64,000 nt of DNA, taken from assembly GCA_017465925.1 (NCBI GenBank), contig JAFTVC010000012.1, forward strand, positions 2,525-66,524, given 5' to 3'. The stretch is from Clostridia bacterium (GTDB taxonomy: Bacteria > Bacillota > Clostridia > Christensenellales > UBA1242). The notes under the pieces were generated by a model that saw only the letters and a list, made by a program, of their open reading frames with translations, did no database searches and had not been told where the DNA came from. The translations under genes and the position numbers were made by a program. Of this stretch, positions 9,791-20,369 are shown one piece after another. How positions within the stretch are numbered: position 1 is the stretch's first letter; the number at the start of each line of letters is the position of its first letter.

Positions 9791-12277
9791 TTACTCCTTT
9801 ATTTGCTCTTCAATAAACACTTCTAAAATATCATTTTCCTTAAATGATGTATCTGATAACTTAATACCACATTCAAAGCCTTCTGTAACTTCTTTTACAT
9901 CATCTTTATATTGCTTCACTGAATCAATGTTTGCAGTAGCAATTACTTCTTTACCTCTCAAAATCCTTGCTTTTGCATTACGTCTAACCGCACCGTCTTT
10001 AACATAAGAACCTGCAATAAGTCCAGCACCAGTAATTTTGTAAACCATTCTAACTTCTGCATGACCAATAACCACTTCTCTAAATTTAGGTTTTTGCATT
10101 CCTTTAATTGAGCCATTAATATCATCAATTATATCATAAATAATGCTATATGATTTAATTTCAATGCCTGATTTTTCAGCAAGTTTTGAAACCTTACCTT
10201 CTGTCTTAACATTAAAGGCAATAATAATTGCATTAGATGCTTGCGCAAGTAAAATGTCCGTTTCAGTAACATTACCAACACCTGAGTGAATAATGCTAAC
10301 TTTTGCTTCTTCGTTCTTAATAGGTAAAATAGATTGTTTAATTGCTTCAACAGAACCTTGAACATCTGCCTTTAAAATAACATTTAGCAATTTCATTTCT
10401 ACGTTACTATTCATAAATTCTTCTAGTGATGCACCACCAGATTTACTAATCATATTAATTTGTTCTTTTGCTTTTCTCTCTTGAATAATTTGTTTTGAAA
10501 GTTTTTCATCAACAACTTGAACAGTATCGCCAGCATTAGGTACTTCATCAAATCCAAGTACAGCAACTGCTATTGATGGGCCAACACTTACAACATTTTT
10601 TCCGTTGTCATCAATCATTGCCCTAATCTTACCAGTACAAGTACCGCATACAACAGTATTTCCAATCTTTAAAGTTCCATTCTGTACTAAAACAGTGGCA
10701 ACAGGACCTCTACCTCTATCAAGTTTTGCTTCAATAATAACGCCAGTTGCAGAACGATTTGGATTAGCCTTTAAATCTTCAATTTCTGCAACCAATAGCA
10801 TAGTTTCTAATAGTTTATCAATACCTTCGCCAGTTTTAGCAGAAACAGGAACTAAAATAGCATCACCGCCCCATTCTTCTGGCAATACATCATTTTCAGC
10901 AAGTTGTTGCTTAATTCTGTCAATTTGTGCAGTTTGCTTGTCAATCTTATTGATTGCAACAATCATAGGTACTTTTGCAGCCTTAATATGATTAATTGCT
11001 TCAACGGTTTGAGGCATAATACCATCATCAGCAGCCACAACCAAAACAGCAATATCCGTAGCCATTGCACCTCTTGCTCTCATTGCAGTAAAAGCAGCAT
11101 GTCCCGGAGTATCAATAAATGTTATTAACTTGCCATCTTTTTTAATTGTGTAAGCACCAATATGTTGTGTAATTCCGCCCGCTTCACCAGAAACAACATT
11201 AGTCTTTCTAATAGCATCTAATAGAGATGTTTTGCCGTGGTCAACGTGTCCCATTACTGTGATAATAGGTGGTCTTCTAACTAAATCTTTTTCATCATCT
11301 ACATTATGAACATAAGAATCAAATATTTCTTCTGCACTCTTTTCAGCTTTTAATTCTAATTCAACCCCTAAATCATTTGAAACAAGTTCTGCTGTATCAA
11401 AATCAATAGTACTATTTATAGTAGCCATATTGCCTAGAATAAACAATTTCTTGATAATATCAGCAACAGTCTTACCTATTTTTTCTGATAAATCTTTTAC
11501 TGTAATATGGTCGCTTGTAAGTACCGCCTTTGTTATAGGTGCTGATACAACAGTGGCAGTTGGTTTATCTTTCTTTGTCTTTAATTTTCTAATATATTGT
11601 CTATCTTCATCATAATCAGCATTGGCAGACATCATTTTCTTTCTATTAAATTGTTTGCCATCTTCATAATGCTTAACATTGCCATTTGATTTTGGTTTAT
11701 TTGCAAATCTATTGCTCTCTTTTTCAATGTTTACTTGCATTGGTGCATTTTGTGCTGATTTTTTAAAATCATTAACAGGCTTATTAAAAGGTTTCTTATT
11801 AAAATCTTGTTTATTGTTGTCTTGGAAATTTCTCTTACCATTACCAAATTCTCTTTTATTTTGTCCATTTTGAGAATAAGGAGCATTATTATTGTTTTTT
11901 CTAAATTCCCTATTATCATCATTTCTTCTATTTTGATTTCTAAAACCATTATTATTGTTATTATTGTTAAAGTTGTTATTTCTATTATATTGTTGTTGAG
12001 GTTTTCTTTCTTGTTCCTTTCTTTCTATCTTTGCAACTTCAACTTTTTTCTCTTTGTTTTCCTTTTGTTCAACGTTTAATGAAAAATCCTTTGAAGTTTC
12101 ATTTTTCTTTTCAACAACTTCAACCTTTTTAGCCTTATTAATTTTGTTTAGTCTTTCTCTTAAAGATTTAGTATTCTTTAAAAGTTCATCAACCTTTTTA
12201 TTGTCCATTAATGCTTTTATTTCTTTTAGATAAACCAAATTTTTATTAACTTGTGTATTTTTTTCGCTATTTGCCAA
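9791..12277 (-). CDS. infB: Translation initiation factor IF-2
   Basis: 828 aa with GTPase motifs [17 protein letters not shown] and NKID. The N-terminus is long and low-complexity. Confidence 0.97.
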   Translation of the reverse strand: MANSEKNTQVNKNLVYLKEIKALMDNKKVDELLKNTKSLRERLNKINKAKKVEVVEKKNETSKDFSLNVEQKENKEKKVEVAKIERKEQERKPQQQYNRNNNFNNNNNNNGFRNQNRRNDDNREFRKNNNNAPYSQNGQNKREFGNGKRNFQDNNKQDFNKKPFNKPVNDFKKSAQNAPMQVNIEKESNRFANKPKSNGNVKHYEDGKQFNRKKMMSANADYDEDRQYIRKLKTKKDKPTATVVSAPITKAVLTSDHITVKDLSEKIGKTVADIIKKLFILGNMATINSTIDFDTAELVSNDLGVELELKAEKSAEEIFDSYVHNVDDEKDLVRRPPIITVMGHVDHGKTSLLDAIRKTNVVSGEAGGITQHIGAYTIKKDGKLITFIDTPGHAAFTAMRARGAMATDIAVLVVAADDGIMPQTVEAINHIKAAKVPMIVAINKIDKQTAQIDRIKQQLAENDVLPEEWGGDAILVPVSAKTGEGIDKLLETMLLVAEIEDLKANPNRSATGVIIEAKLDRGRGPVATVLVQNGTLKIGNTVVCGTCTGKIRAMIDDNGKNVVSVGPSIAVAVLGFDEVPNAGDTVQVVDEKLSKQIIQERKAKEQINMISKSGGASLEEFMNSNVEMKLLNVILKADVQGSVEAIKQSILPIKNEEAKVSIIHSGVGNVTETDILLAQASNAIIIAFNVKTEGKVSKLAEKSGIEIKSYSIIYDIIDDINGSIKGMQKPKFREVVIGHAEVRMVYKITGAGLIAGSYVKDGAVRRNAKARILRGKEVIATANIDSVKQYKDDVKEVTEGFECGIKLSDTSFKENDILEVFIEEQIKE

Positions 12278-12298
12278 CGGGCTTCACCTCTTACTTTT

Positions 12299-12601
12299 TT
12301 ATTCAACTATACTATATTCACTTTCACATTTTAATATTGCATCACTTAAACCTTTATTTTTTAGTGCTACAATTTTACAACCATCTAAACCAATAAATTT
12401 AGATAAATCTTCATTAAACTTAATTGCTTTTATATTGTATTCTTTTGCTTTACTCTTTGCAATTTTGTCTACATTTTCACTACTTTCAGCGGATAAAATT
12501 ATTAAATACATTTTTTTATGATAAGACTTAATATTATCACTGCCAATTATTAAGTAGTTTGCCTTTCTTGATAATCCCAAATAATTACCTAACTTACTCA
12601 A
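12299..12601 (-). CDS. ylxQ: L7Ae-family RNA-binding protein YlxQ
   Basis: 100 aa. Position is between ylxR and infB, as in Bacillus and Clostridia. Confidence 0.75.
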   Translation of the reverse strand: MSKLGNYLGLSRKANYLIIGSDNIKSYHKKMYLIILSAESSENVDKIAKSKAKEYNIKAIKFNEDLSKFIGLDGCKIVALKNKGLSDAILKCESEYSIVE

Positions 12602-12852
12602 TTTATATATTCCTTTATTTTATTATAAATATCTTCGCTTATATTACTTTTGAAAGACCGATTAAAACACTTCTTTTTTATACATAAATTTAAGCACTCA
12701 CTATTTTTACAAAGATAAGCACCTCTCCCTTCTTTTTTAGAATGCTCATCAATCTCAATAGTGCCATTTTTATTTTTAACTACTTTTAGTAATTGAGTTT
12801 TTTCTTTCATTTCTCTACAAGCAACGCACATTCTTAAAGGGTTGTTACTCAT
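12598..12852 (-). CDS. ylxR: YlxR/RnpM (DUF448) RNA-binding protein
   Basis: 84 aa. PLRMCVACREMKEK...GRGAYLC is the hallmark motif. Lies downstream of nusA. Confidence 0.85.
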   Translation of the reverse strand: MSNNPLRMCVACREMKEKTQLLKVVKNKNGTIEIDEHSKKEGRGAYLCKNSECLNLCIKKKCFNRSFKSNISEDIYNKIKEYIN

Positions 12853-13970
12853 TATTCTTCAATATCTCCAAACAAATCTTCATCAGGCATTTCAGTTGCC
12901 GTAGAACTATCTACTTGTGCTGAAACTCCTGCATATTGACTTTCACTCTTTACATCTATCTTCCAACCAGTAAGTTTAACTGCTAACCTTACATTTTGTC
13001 CATCTTTACCAATAGCAAGTGATAATTTATTGTCAGGTACAACAGCAACACAGTATTTGTTTTCATTGTCAATATCAAGTTTTACAACTTCCGCTGGACT
13101 TAACGCATTTGAAACAAATTGATTAATATCTTCACTATATGGAATAATATCTATTTTTTCACCATTAAGTTCTTTTATGATATTATTTATTCTCATTCCC
13201 CTATTACCAATACAAGCACCAACTGCATCAAAGTTAGGATTTATGCTTGAAACAGCAATTTTTGTTCTGTAACCAGCATCTCTTGAAATTGCTTTTATTT
13301 CAACTTCGCCAGTTTGCACTTCTGGAATTTCAAGTTCAAATAATTTAGATACAAATCCAGTATTTGTTCTTGTACATTGAATTTGACAACCCCTTGTGCT
13401 TTCAATAATTCTCTTAACAAAAACTTTAACTCTTGATTGAATTTCAAGTCTTTCGCCTGGAATACATTCCTTTTCAGCAATAACTCCTTCTGCTTCCATT
13501 CCGCCCATATTTAAGTAGTAATAACCATTTTCAAATCTTATAATTTGTGCAGTAATTATATCGCCTTCTTTTTGTGATAATTCAGCAAATTCCTTCGCCC
13601 TAACCGCTTCTTTTAACTTTTGCATAATAACGTGCCTTACTGTTTGTGATGGAATTCTACCAAAATTCTTTGAATTTTCTTCTTGCATAATTTCATCTCC
13701 AACCTTATAAGACTTTTTGATAAGTTTAGCATCAGCAAGTGAAATTTGCTTGTCTGGGTCTTCAACTTCATCAACTACGGTTTTGTAACTATAAATTTTT
13801 ATTGAATTCTTTTCAGGATTTAACTTAACTATTGCAGATTTCGCTTCACCATAAAGTTTTTTATATGCCGCAGTTAGCCCTGCTTCTAATGCTTCAATAA
13901 AATATTCTCTTTTAATTCCTTTTTCTTCTTCTAATATTCTTAACGCTTCAAAAAATTCTTTGCTTTGCAT
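12852..13970 (-). CDS. nusA: Transcription termination/antitermination factor NusA
   Basis: 372 aa with an S1 domain and two KH domains (GACIGNRGMRINNIIKELNGEKIDII, AIGKDGQNVRLAVKLTGWKIDV). Confidence 0.95.
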   Translation of the reverse strand: MQSKEFFEALRILEEEKGIKREYFIEALEAGLTAAYKKLYGEAKSAIVKLNPEKNSIKIYSYKTVVDEVEDPDKQISLADAKLIKKSYKVGDEIMQEENSKNFGRIPSQTVRHVIMQKLKEAVRAKEFAELSQKEGDIITAQIIRFENGYYYLNMGGMEAEGVIAEKECIPGERLEIQSRVKVFVKRIIESTRGCQIQCTRTNTGFVSKLFELEIPEVQTGEVEIKAISRDAGYRTKIAVSSINPNFDAVGACIGNRGMRINNIIKELNGEKIDIIPYSEDINQFVSNALSPAEVVKLDIDNENKYCVAVVPDNKLSLAIGKDGQNVRLAVKLTGWKIDVKSESQYAGVSAQVDSSTATEMPDEDLFGDIEE

Positions 13971-13986
13971 TTTATTTTACTCCTAA

Positions 13987-14448
13987 TTAAATTTCAACAA
14001 CAGGTAATACAGTTGCTATTAATTCTCTCTTTATCTCTATTATATTTTCTTTGTCATCTTTTACAACTAAATTTTGTTCATCAGCACTTTCAATAATGCC
14101 CTTATATAATTTAGAACCATTAAGTGGTGAATATAATTTAACTTCAACATTCTTTCCAATATTACGCAAATAATCACTTAACTTTTTTAATGGTCTATCA
14201 AGCCCACAAGATGAAACATTTAATGTGTACGGACTTCCATTAGTTGGGTCAAGTTCATCAAGCGGAGCATCAATTAATCTGTGTAATGCTTCACAATCGT
14301 CAATAGTTACTCCGTCTTTCTTATCAATAAATATTGTAAGATTATTTCCATTTACTTTTTTACCATATTCAACTTCTACAATTTCAAGCCCTAAACTTTC
14401 AGCATAAGGTTTTACTAAAACTTCTACACTTTCCGCAATTTTTGACAT
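13987..14448 (-). CDS. rimP: Ribosome maturation factor RimP
   Basis: 153 aa. Contains LGLEIVEVEY. Lies immediately upstream of nusA. Confidence 0.88.
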   Translation of the reverse strand: MSKIAESVEVLVKPYAESLGLEIVEVEYGKKVNGNNLTIFIDKKDGVTIDDCEALHRLIDAPLDELDPTNGSPYTLNVSSCGLDRPLKKLSDYLRNIGKNVEVKLYSPLNGSKLYKGIIESADEQNLVVKDDKENIIEIKRELIATVLPVVEI

Positions 14449-14688
14449 TACATTATTTCCTTTAAAATTAATTTAATTGTATTTAACATTTTCACTTTTT
14501 AGGCATATAATTAAAAAGCAATAAATTACATTATTTGACTTTTTAAAACTTGCCATTAACTAACACTAAATAAAATTTAAGAGCGGTCCAAAGCCCACTC
14601 TAAATTTTGTAGTATTAATCTTATACTGATATATTACCATAAATAAAATAAAAAAGCAATAGATTTATAAAAAATTTTATGAAAATAC

Positions 14689-14716
14689 TTGCAAATATTT
14701 TAAAATGTGCTATAAT
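14689..14716 (+). promoter_or_regulatory. SigA-type promoter of the SRP RNA
   Basis: TTGCAA-N16-TGcTATAAT (extended -10), ending about 5-8 nt before the first paired base of the RNA. Confidence 0.6.
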
Positions 14717-14720
14717 ATAA

Positions 14721-15000
14721 GTACTGTGATGGATGGAGAGGTAGCGGCACTCTGTAACTTGCAATCCGCTATAGCAAGGTTAAACGAATTTATGCGATAC
14801 CTATTTGTGGGTTTAAGTTGTCATTTTAAGTCGTGTTGAAAATAAGGCTTTATGCAATACGAGATTGTGAACCATGTGAGGACAGGAATGTAGCAACATT
14901 AAGCAATTCTTCTGTATGTGCCATAAATAACTTTATTGGAGCGAATAATTTGAACGACACTTGGAAGTAGCGTAGCCAGTAAATTCACTCACAGTTTTTT
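14721..15000 (+). ncRNA. ffs: Signal recognition particle RNA, long Bacillus-type (scRNA/ffs) with Alu domain
   Basis: Helix 8 core GAGG-ACA-GGAA-TGT-AGCA-AC: a GGAA tetraloop flanked by the AGG/AGCA symmetric loop. The 5' part GGAGAGGTAGCGGCACTCTGTAACTTGCAATCCGCTATAGCAAGG closely matches my recollection of the B. subtilis scRNA Alu domain. Terminal helix ACTGTGA (14723)/TCACAGT (14989) is followed by a U-run. There is no ORF. Confidence 0.85.
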
Positions 15001-15114
15001 TGTTGTCAAAATATGAAAAACGACATTTTATTTTTTGAAATAATTTACAATAAGCATAATATAAACAAATATTAATTTTTGTTTCATATTTACCTAAATG
15101 ATATTGATAAATAC

Positions 15115-15152
15115 AAAAAAGAACTTTCTAAAATTTATGAAAGTTCTTTTTT
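15115..15152. terminator. Bidirectional intrinsic terminator (ftsY 3' end / SRP RNA side)
   Basis: AAAAAA-GAACTTTC-loop-GAAAGTTC-TTTTTT. Confidence 0.7.
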
Positions 15153-15217
15153 AATAATAAAATTTTTTTAAGCATAAGATTTAAAACACTAAATTGTTTA
15201 AATCATATTCATTAAAT

Positions 15218-16114
15218 TTAGTCAATAATTGCATCTACAAAAGTTTCCGCATCAAACATTTCTATATCTTCAATGCCTTCGCCTAGCCCTACAAATAGTA
15301 TAGGTAATTCTAATTCATACGCTATACTTAATACAACACCGCCCTTTGCAGAACCATCTAGTTTAGTTAAAACAATAGCATCTATTCCAATACTATCTGA
15401 AAAGGCCTCCACTTGTGAAATAGCATTTTGTCCAGTAGTTGCATCTAATACAATAAGATTTAATTGATTAGCATCTGGCCATTCCTTTTCTTTTACCCTA
15501 TTAATTTTCTTTAATTCTTCCATTAGGTTAGTTTTATTATGAAGTCTGCCCGCAGTATCAATCAAAAGTACATCATTGCCTTTTGCCTTGGCACTACTAA
15601 TACCATCATAAACAACAGCACTTGGGTCAGCACCCTCGCCTTGTGAAATTACTCTTACTTTGCTTCTTTCACCCCACATTGAAAGTTGAGAAGATGCTGC
15701 CGCTCTAAATGTATCACCTGCTACAAGAGTAACACTCTTTTTATTTCTAATAAAATAATTTGCAAGTTTACCAATAGTAGTTGTTTTACCTACTCCGTTA
15801 ACGCCAACAAAAGTTAAAATCAAAGGATAATCAAGTTCAACTTCTTCAACACTTAAAATTTCAATCATAATTTCTTTAAGTACTTTTTTCGCTTCTTCGC
15901 TTTCCTTAATATGTGCCTTTTTAGTTCTTTCCTTTAATTCATCAATTATGTACATAGTTGTTTCTACGCCAACATCACTTGTAATTAATGTTTCTTCCAA
16001 ATCATCATAAAATTCATCATTTAATTCACTACGCTTAAAAACATTTGAAATCTTCGCACCGATTGTATCCTTTGTTTTTTTAAGCCCATTAAATAATTTG
16101 CTAAAAAATCCCAT
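15218..16114 (-). CDS. ftsY: SRP receptor FtsY
   Basis: 298 aa with NG-domain motifs GVNGVGKTTTIGKLA, DTAGR and TKLD. Confidence 0.95.
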   Translation of the reverse strand: MGFFSKLFNGLKKTKDTIGAKISNVFKRSELNDEFYDDLEETLITSDVGVETTMYIIDELKERTKKAHIKESEEAKKVLKEIMIEILSVEEVELDYPLILTFVGVNGVGKTTTIGKLANYFIRNKKSVTLVAGDTFRAAASSQLSMWGERSKVRVISQGEGADPSAVVYDGISSAKAKGNDVLLIDTAGRLHNKTNLMEELKKINRVKEKEWPDANQLNLIVLDATTGQNAISQVEAFSDSIGIDAIVLTKLDGSAKGGVVLSIAYELELPILFVGLGEGIEDIEMFDAETFVDAIID

Positions 16115-16116
16115 TA

Positions 16117-19100
16117 TTATCCATTACCTTCTATATTTTTTACTGCATCAGAAAGTTTAACAGAAACAATCTTTGAAACACCAGGTTCTTCCATTGTTAC
16201 ACCGAATAAACTATCTGCTAATTCCATTGTTGGTTTTCTGTGTGTAATCACAATAAATTGTGTATCCTGACTAAACCTCTTCAAATATTTAGCGAAACGT
16301 TCAACATTTGCATCATCTAGTGCTGCCTCTATTTCATCTAGCAAACAGAAAGGCATTGGTCTTAATTTTAATATTGCAAAAAGTATAGCAATAGCAGTTA
16401 AAGCCTTTTCTCCACCTGACATTAAAGTCATAGTTTGCAATTTCTTACCAGGCGGTTGTGCTAAAATATCAACACCTGCAAGTAGCGGGTCTTCATTATC
16501 CACTAATTCAAGTCTTGCACTACCACCACCAAACAATTCGCTAAATATCTTTGTAAAGTTACGATTAATCTTATCAAATTGGTCATTAAATCTAGTAACC
16601 ATTTCAGTTGATAAATCACGAATAATTTGAATAAGTTCTTCTTCTGCCTTTAAAGCATCATTTGTTTGTTCAGTCATATACTCATATCTTTCACAAACTG
16701 CTTTATAGTCATCAATAGCACTTATATTGATAGGTCCTATTTTGTTAATTTCCTTTCTAATTTCATTAATTTGTGCATAACCTTCATTAATGTTGTATTC
16801 AGTAGCCCTATAAGGCATACAAGTTTCATAAGTAAGTTTGTACTCTTCATAAATTCTGTCTTGCATATTTTGCAAATCAATATCAACTTTTTGTAGTTGC
16901 ATATCTTGACCCATTTTCTTCTTTTCAAGAGTACTAATATCATCGCCAACTTTTGTTCTTTGCTCATCAAGTTTTAAAATGTTTTCTTGTAAAATCTTTT
17001 TAGAACTTTCAAGTTCAGCCAATCTTTGCTTATTCTTATTTAGTTTTTCTTCTTGTTGCTTTATCTTTTCTACATCAACAGTATTATCTAGTGATAAAAC
17101 AATAGATTGAATAACTCCTTTATTCTTTTCAATAGATGCTTGTTCGTTTTCAATCCTTTCTTCTAAAACTTTATTTTCTATTTCCATTCTTTCAATAAAG
17201 TCCTGTACTGATAACATTTCTTGCTCTACTGACGCAATCTTAACCCTTACTTCATTTGCTTCTGCATTGTACTTGTCTTTTTGAACTTTCATATTGTCAT
17301 ACAAATCACTTCTTGCCTTTGTTGATTCACCAGCAGAAATTCTTGCATTATTAATTGTATTTTCAAGTTCATCAATGCTCGCAATTTCATTTTCAATAAA
17401 GTTGATTTTAATAATAGATTGCTTGTTTTGATTTTCAAGTTCTTCAAATTCTTCATTTAATCTTTGATTAAACTCTTCATATCTTGCTCTCTTTTCAAAA
17501 ACACTTGCAAAATCAATATTTAATTTGTTTAGTTTTTGAGTGCAATCATTTAAGTTTTCTCTATATTCAATAATTTTTGAAGATAAATGCTCTCTTTCCT
17601 TTTCTTTAACTATTATTTCACTATCTAAATTCTTAATTTCTTCTGTTAAAGTTTCTATTTCTCTATCTCTTGAAAGCAAGTTACTAACGCTTGCTTTTTT
17701 ACTACCACCAGTAAGCGAACCCGCTGGATTAATAATATCTCCGTCCAAAGTAACAATCTTAAATGCGTACCTTACTTTTTTAGCCAAATTAACAGCAATT
17801 TCCAAGTTTTCAGCAATTACTGTACCGCCTAACAAACTATACATAATTGGGTCTAAATCTCGGTTATACTCAATTAGTTCGCACGCAACACCTAAAACAC
17901 CTTGCATTTTCATTTCACTTTGGAAAGCCTTATCAATATATCTAGGCTTCATACTAGTAAGCGGTAAAAAAGTTGCCCTACCATATTTATTATCTTTTAA
18001 ATATGAAATAAGTGCTTTTGCATCATCTTCATTTTTAGTTATTACATTATTAATTGCATTACCTAGTGCCATTTCAATAGCAGTTTCAAGTTTTGCAGGC
18101 ACTTTAATTAATTGCCCTACAATACCAACTACCTTTTTATTTAATTCTGCATTAGTTGTGCTATCCTTTAACAGTCTTTGCACGCTTGAAACGTAACCTT
18201 CAAAATCTGCCTGCATAGTACTAATAAGGTTCTTTCTATCATGCTTTAACTTTCTATTAGTTTTTGCTTCATTTAAATCTTTTTCAAGTAACTTAATTTT
18301 TAAATCAGCATCACCATACAATTTTTGATAGTTTTCAATTTTTGTTTCTAAATCTTTCTTCTTTACATCAACCCCAGAATTAGTGCTATTTATTTCATCT
18401 ATAATTTGTTGATTTGCTTTAACTTTTTCATTAATTGCAGTAATCTTTTGCTTATTATCTTGAATTGATTTTGCCAAAACTTCCTTTTCAGTTGTAAGTT
18501 TAGAAAGATTTGCTTTTATTTCAGTAAGTTTTTCTAATGCCTCAATAACTTGATTATTTGCTTGTTTGTTCTCATCCTCACTTAAAGTCAAATCATTTAC
18601 AATTTGCAAATATTTATCAGTTACTTCTTTATACTCTTTATTTAATTTTTCAACCAAAAACTTTTGATTTTCAAGTTTTGAATTAGATTGAATTAATTCA
18701 TTATTATTCTTCTCTAATTCATTTTTGTATTCTTCAATACTTGCTTCGCTTCTTTTGATTTGGTCAGTAATAAAATTTACTCTTTCCTTGTAAAGAGCAT
18801 TATCACTATCTAATTTTTGCAAATTTAGTGATAAATGCAAAATTTCTTCATTAACCTTTTTAATAATTTCATCGGCACTATTGAATTTTTCCATACTAAC
18901 ATTATATTCGTTATTTAAAGTTTCAAGTTCATTTTGCCTAAGTGAAATTTCTTCTTCAATACCTGCAATAACATTTGATATTTTTTCTTTTATATCATTT
19001 GTATTTTCATATTGCACAATATATGTATTAATTTCGTGATGCTTTAAGTCTTGCTTTAACTCTAACGCTCTTTTTGCATCTTCACTTTGCCTTTTTAATG

Positions 19101-19710
19101 GTCCAATTTGCCTTTCAACTTCGCTCATAATATCGCTGTTTCTTTGCAGATTTTCCCTAACTCTTTCAAGTTTTCTTTCAGTTTCAACTTTTCTAGCCTT
19201 AAATTTTGCAATTCCTGCCGCTTCTTCAAAAATACCACGCCTATCCTCTGGCTTTGAGTTGATAATTTGCTCAACACGACCTTGTCCAATGATAGAATAA
19301 CCTTCCTTACCAATACCGCTATCGTGAAGCAAGTCAACAATATCTTTAAGTCTAACAGGATTTTTATTAATCAAATATTCACTTGTTCCAGACCTATACA
19401 ATTTACGAGTTAAAACGACTTCATCATAATTAATATTGAATGTTTTTTGCGTATTATCAAAATATAGCGAAACTTCACAATAAGAAAGACTCTTTCTTTT
19501 TTCAGTCCCCTTAAAAATAACATCTTGCATATTTTGACCACGCAACAATTTAGAACTTTGTTCGCCCAGCACCCAACGGATAGAATCCGCAACATTACTC
19601 TTACCACAACCGTTAGGACCTACAATCGCAGTTACACCGTTATCAAATGGTATTTCTCTATGGTCAGCAAATGATTTAAACCCTGCCATTTCAATTTTTT
19701 TAAATATCAT
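16117..19710 (-). CDS. smc: Chromosome partition protein Smc
   Basis: 1197 aa with Walker A GPNGCGKSN, long coiled coils, a hinge, signature LSGGEKALTAIA and Walker B LLDEIEAALD. Confidence 0.97.
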   Translation of the reverse strand: MIFKKIEMAGFKSFADHREIPFDNGVTAIVGPNGCGKSNVADSIRWVLGEQSSKLLRGQNMQDVIFKGTEKRKSLSYCEVSLYFDNTQKTFNINYDEVVLTRKLYRSGTSEYLINKNPVRLKDIVDLLHDSGIGKEGYSIIGQGRVEQIINSKPEDRRGIFEEAAGIAKFKARKVETERKLERVRENLQRNSDIMSEVERQIGPLKRQSEDAKRALELKQDLKHHEINTYIVQYENTNDIKEKISNVIAGIEEEISLRQNELETLNNEYNVSMEKFNSADEIIKKVNEEILHLSLNLQKLDSDNALYKERVNFITDQIKRSEASIEEYKNELEKNNNELIQSNSKLENQKFLVEKLNKEYKEVTDKYLQIVNDLTLSEDENKQANNQVIEALEKLTEIKANLSKLTTEKEVLAKSIQDNKQKITAINEKVKANQQIIDEINSTNSGVDVKKKDLETKIENYQKLYGDADLKIKLLEKDLNEAKTNRKLKHDRKNLISTMQADFEGYVSSVQRLLKDSTTNAELNKKVVGIVGQLIKVPAKLETAIEMALGNAINNVITKNEDDAKALISYLKDNKYGRATFLPLTSMKPRYIDKAFQSEMKMQGVLGVACELIEYNRDLDPIMYSLLGGTVIAENLEIAVNLAKKVRYAFKIVTLDGDIINPAGSLTGGSKKASVSNLLSRDREIETLTEEIKNLDSEIIVKEKEREHLSSKIIEYRENLNDCTQKLNKLNIDFASVFEKRARYEEFNQRLNEEFEELENQNKQSIIKINFIENEIASIDELENTINNARISAGESTKARSDLYDNMKVQKDKYNAEANEVRVKIASVEQEMLSVQDFIERMEIENKVLEERIENEQASIEKNKGVIQSIVLSLDNTVDVEKIKQQEEKLNKNKQRLAELESSKKILQENILKLDEQRTKVGDDISTLEKKKMGQDMQLQKVDIDLQNMQDRIYEEYKLTYETCMPYRATEYNINEGYAQINEIRKEINKIGPINISAIDDYKAVCERYEYMTEQTNDALKAEEELIQIIRDLSTEMVTRFNDQFDKINRNFTKIFSELFGGGSARLELVDNEDPLLAGVDILAQPPGKKLQTMTLMSGGEKALTAIAILFAILKLRPMPFCLLDEIEAALDDANVERFAKYLKRFSQDTQFIVITHRKPTMELADSLFGVTMEEPGVSKIVSVKLSDAVKNIEGNG

Positions 19711-19712
19711 TC

Positions 19713-20369
19713 TTATTCACCTAATTTAAATTTTTCTATCGCAACTTTTGCAGAATTTTGCTCTGCATCTTTTTTAGTTCTTCCTTGTCCTTTACCATAA
19801 GGCTGTCCCAAAATTAGTACAGTAGTTTCAAATAGAATATTGACATTATCGCCAACTTGTTTAGTGTCATATTCTATAACCCTTGAATCCTCACCTTTTC
19901 CTTGCACTAATTCTTGAAGCATTGATTTATAATCTTCTATTACTTTTAAATTCAAGTCCACAAATTTGAAAATAAATTTTCTAGCACTTTCAATAGCACC
20001 ACTATCCAAATAAATAGCGCCTATTATAGACTCGCACAAATCCGCACACATTGCCTTTGATGGTTCGCCTTTAAACGAATCTCCCACAATTAAATATTTT
20101 TGCAAGTTAAGTTTGTTAATTGCATTAAATAAATTGTTCTCACATACTATTTTTGCTCTATATTTGGATAAAACTCCTTCATCATAAGATGATTCATTAT
20201 ATAGATAATTAGAAACAATCACTTGAAGTACGCTATCTCCCAAAAACTCTAATCTTTCATTGCAAGATTTTGAAAAACTACTATGCGTAAATGCCCTTAA
20301 AAGCAAATCTTTATTTTCAAACTTATAACCTATTAAATTTTCTATTTCATCATAATTAATCATTATCAT
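19713..20369 (-). CDS. rnc: Ribonuclease III
   Basis: ERLEFLGDSVL signature and a C-terminal dsRBD (GQGRTKKDAEQNSAKVAI). Confidence 0.93.
   Translation of the reverse strand: MIMINYDEIENLIGYKFENKDLLLRAFTHSSFSKSCNERLEFLGDSVLQVIVSNYLYNESSYDEGVLSKYRAKIVCENNLFNAINKLNLQKYLIVGDSFKGEPSKAMCADLCESIIGAIYLDSGAIESARKFIFKFVDLNLKVIEDYKSMLQELVQGKGEDSRVIEYDTKQVGDNVNILFETTVLILGQPYGKGQGRTKKDAEQNSAKVAIEKFKLGE

Noticed and set aside
16666-19607. Several 60-218 aa ORFs inside smc on both strands; similar ones lie inside infB, the P-type ATPase, plsX, ruvB and sigA
   Set aside because: All are embedded in long genes with unambiguous family motifs. They have no SD or independent support, and their composition mirrors the host gene.
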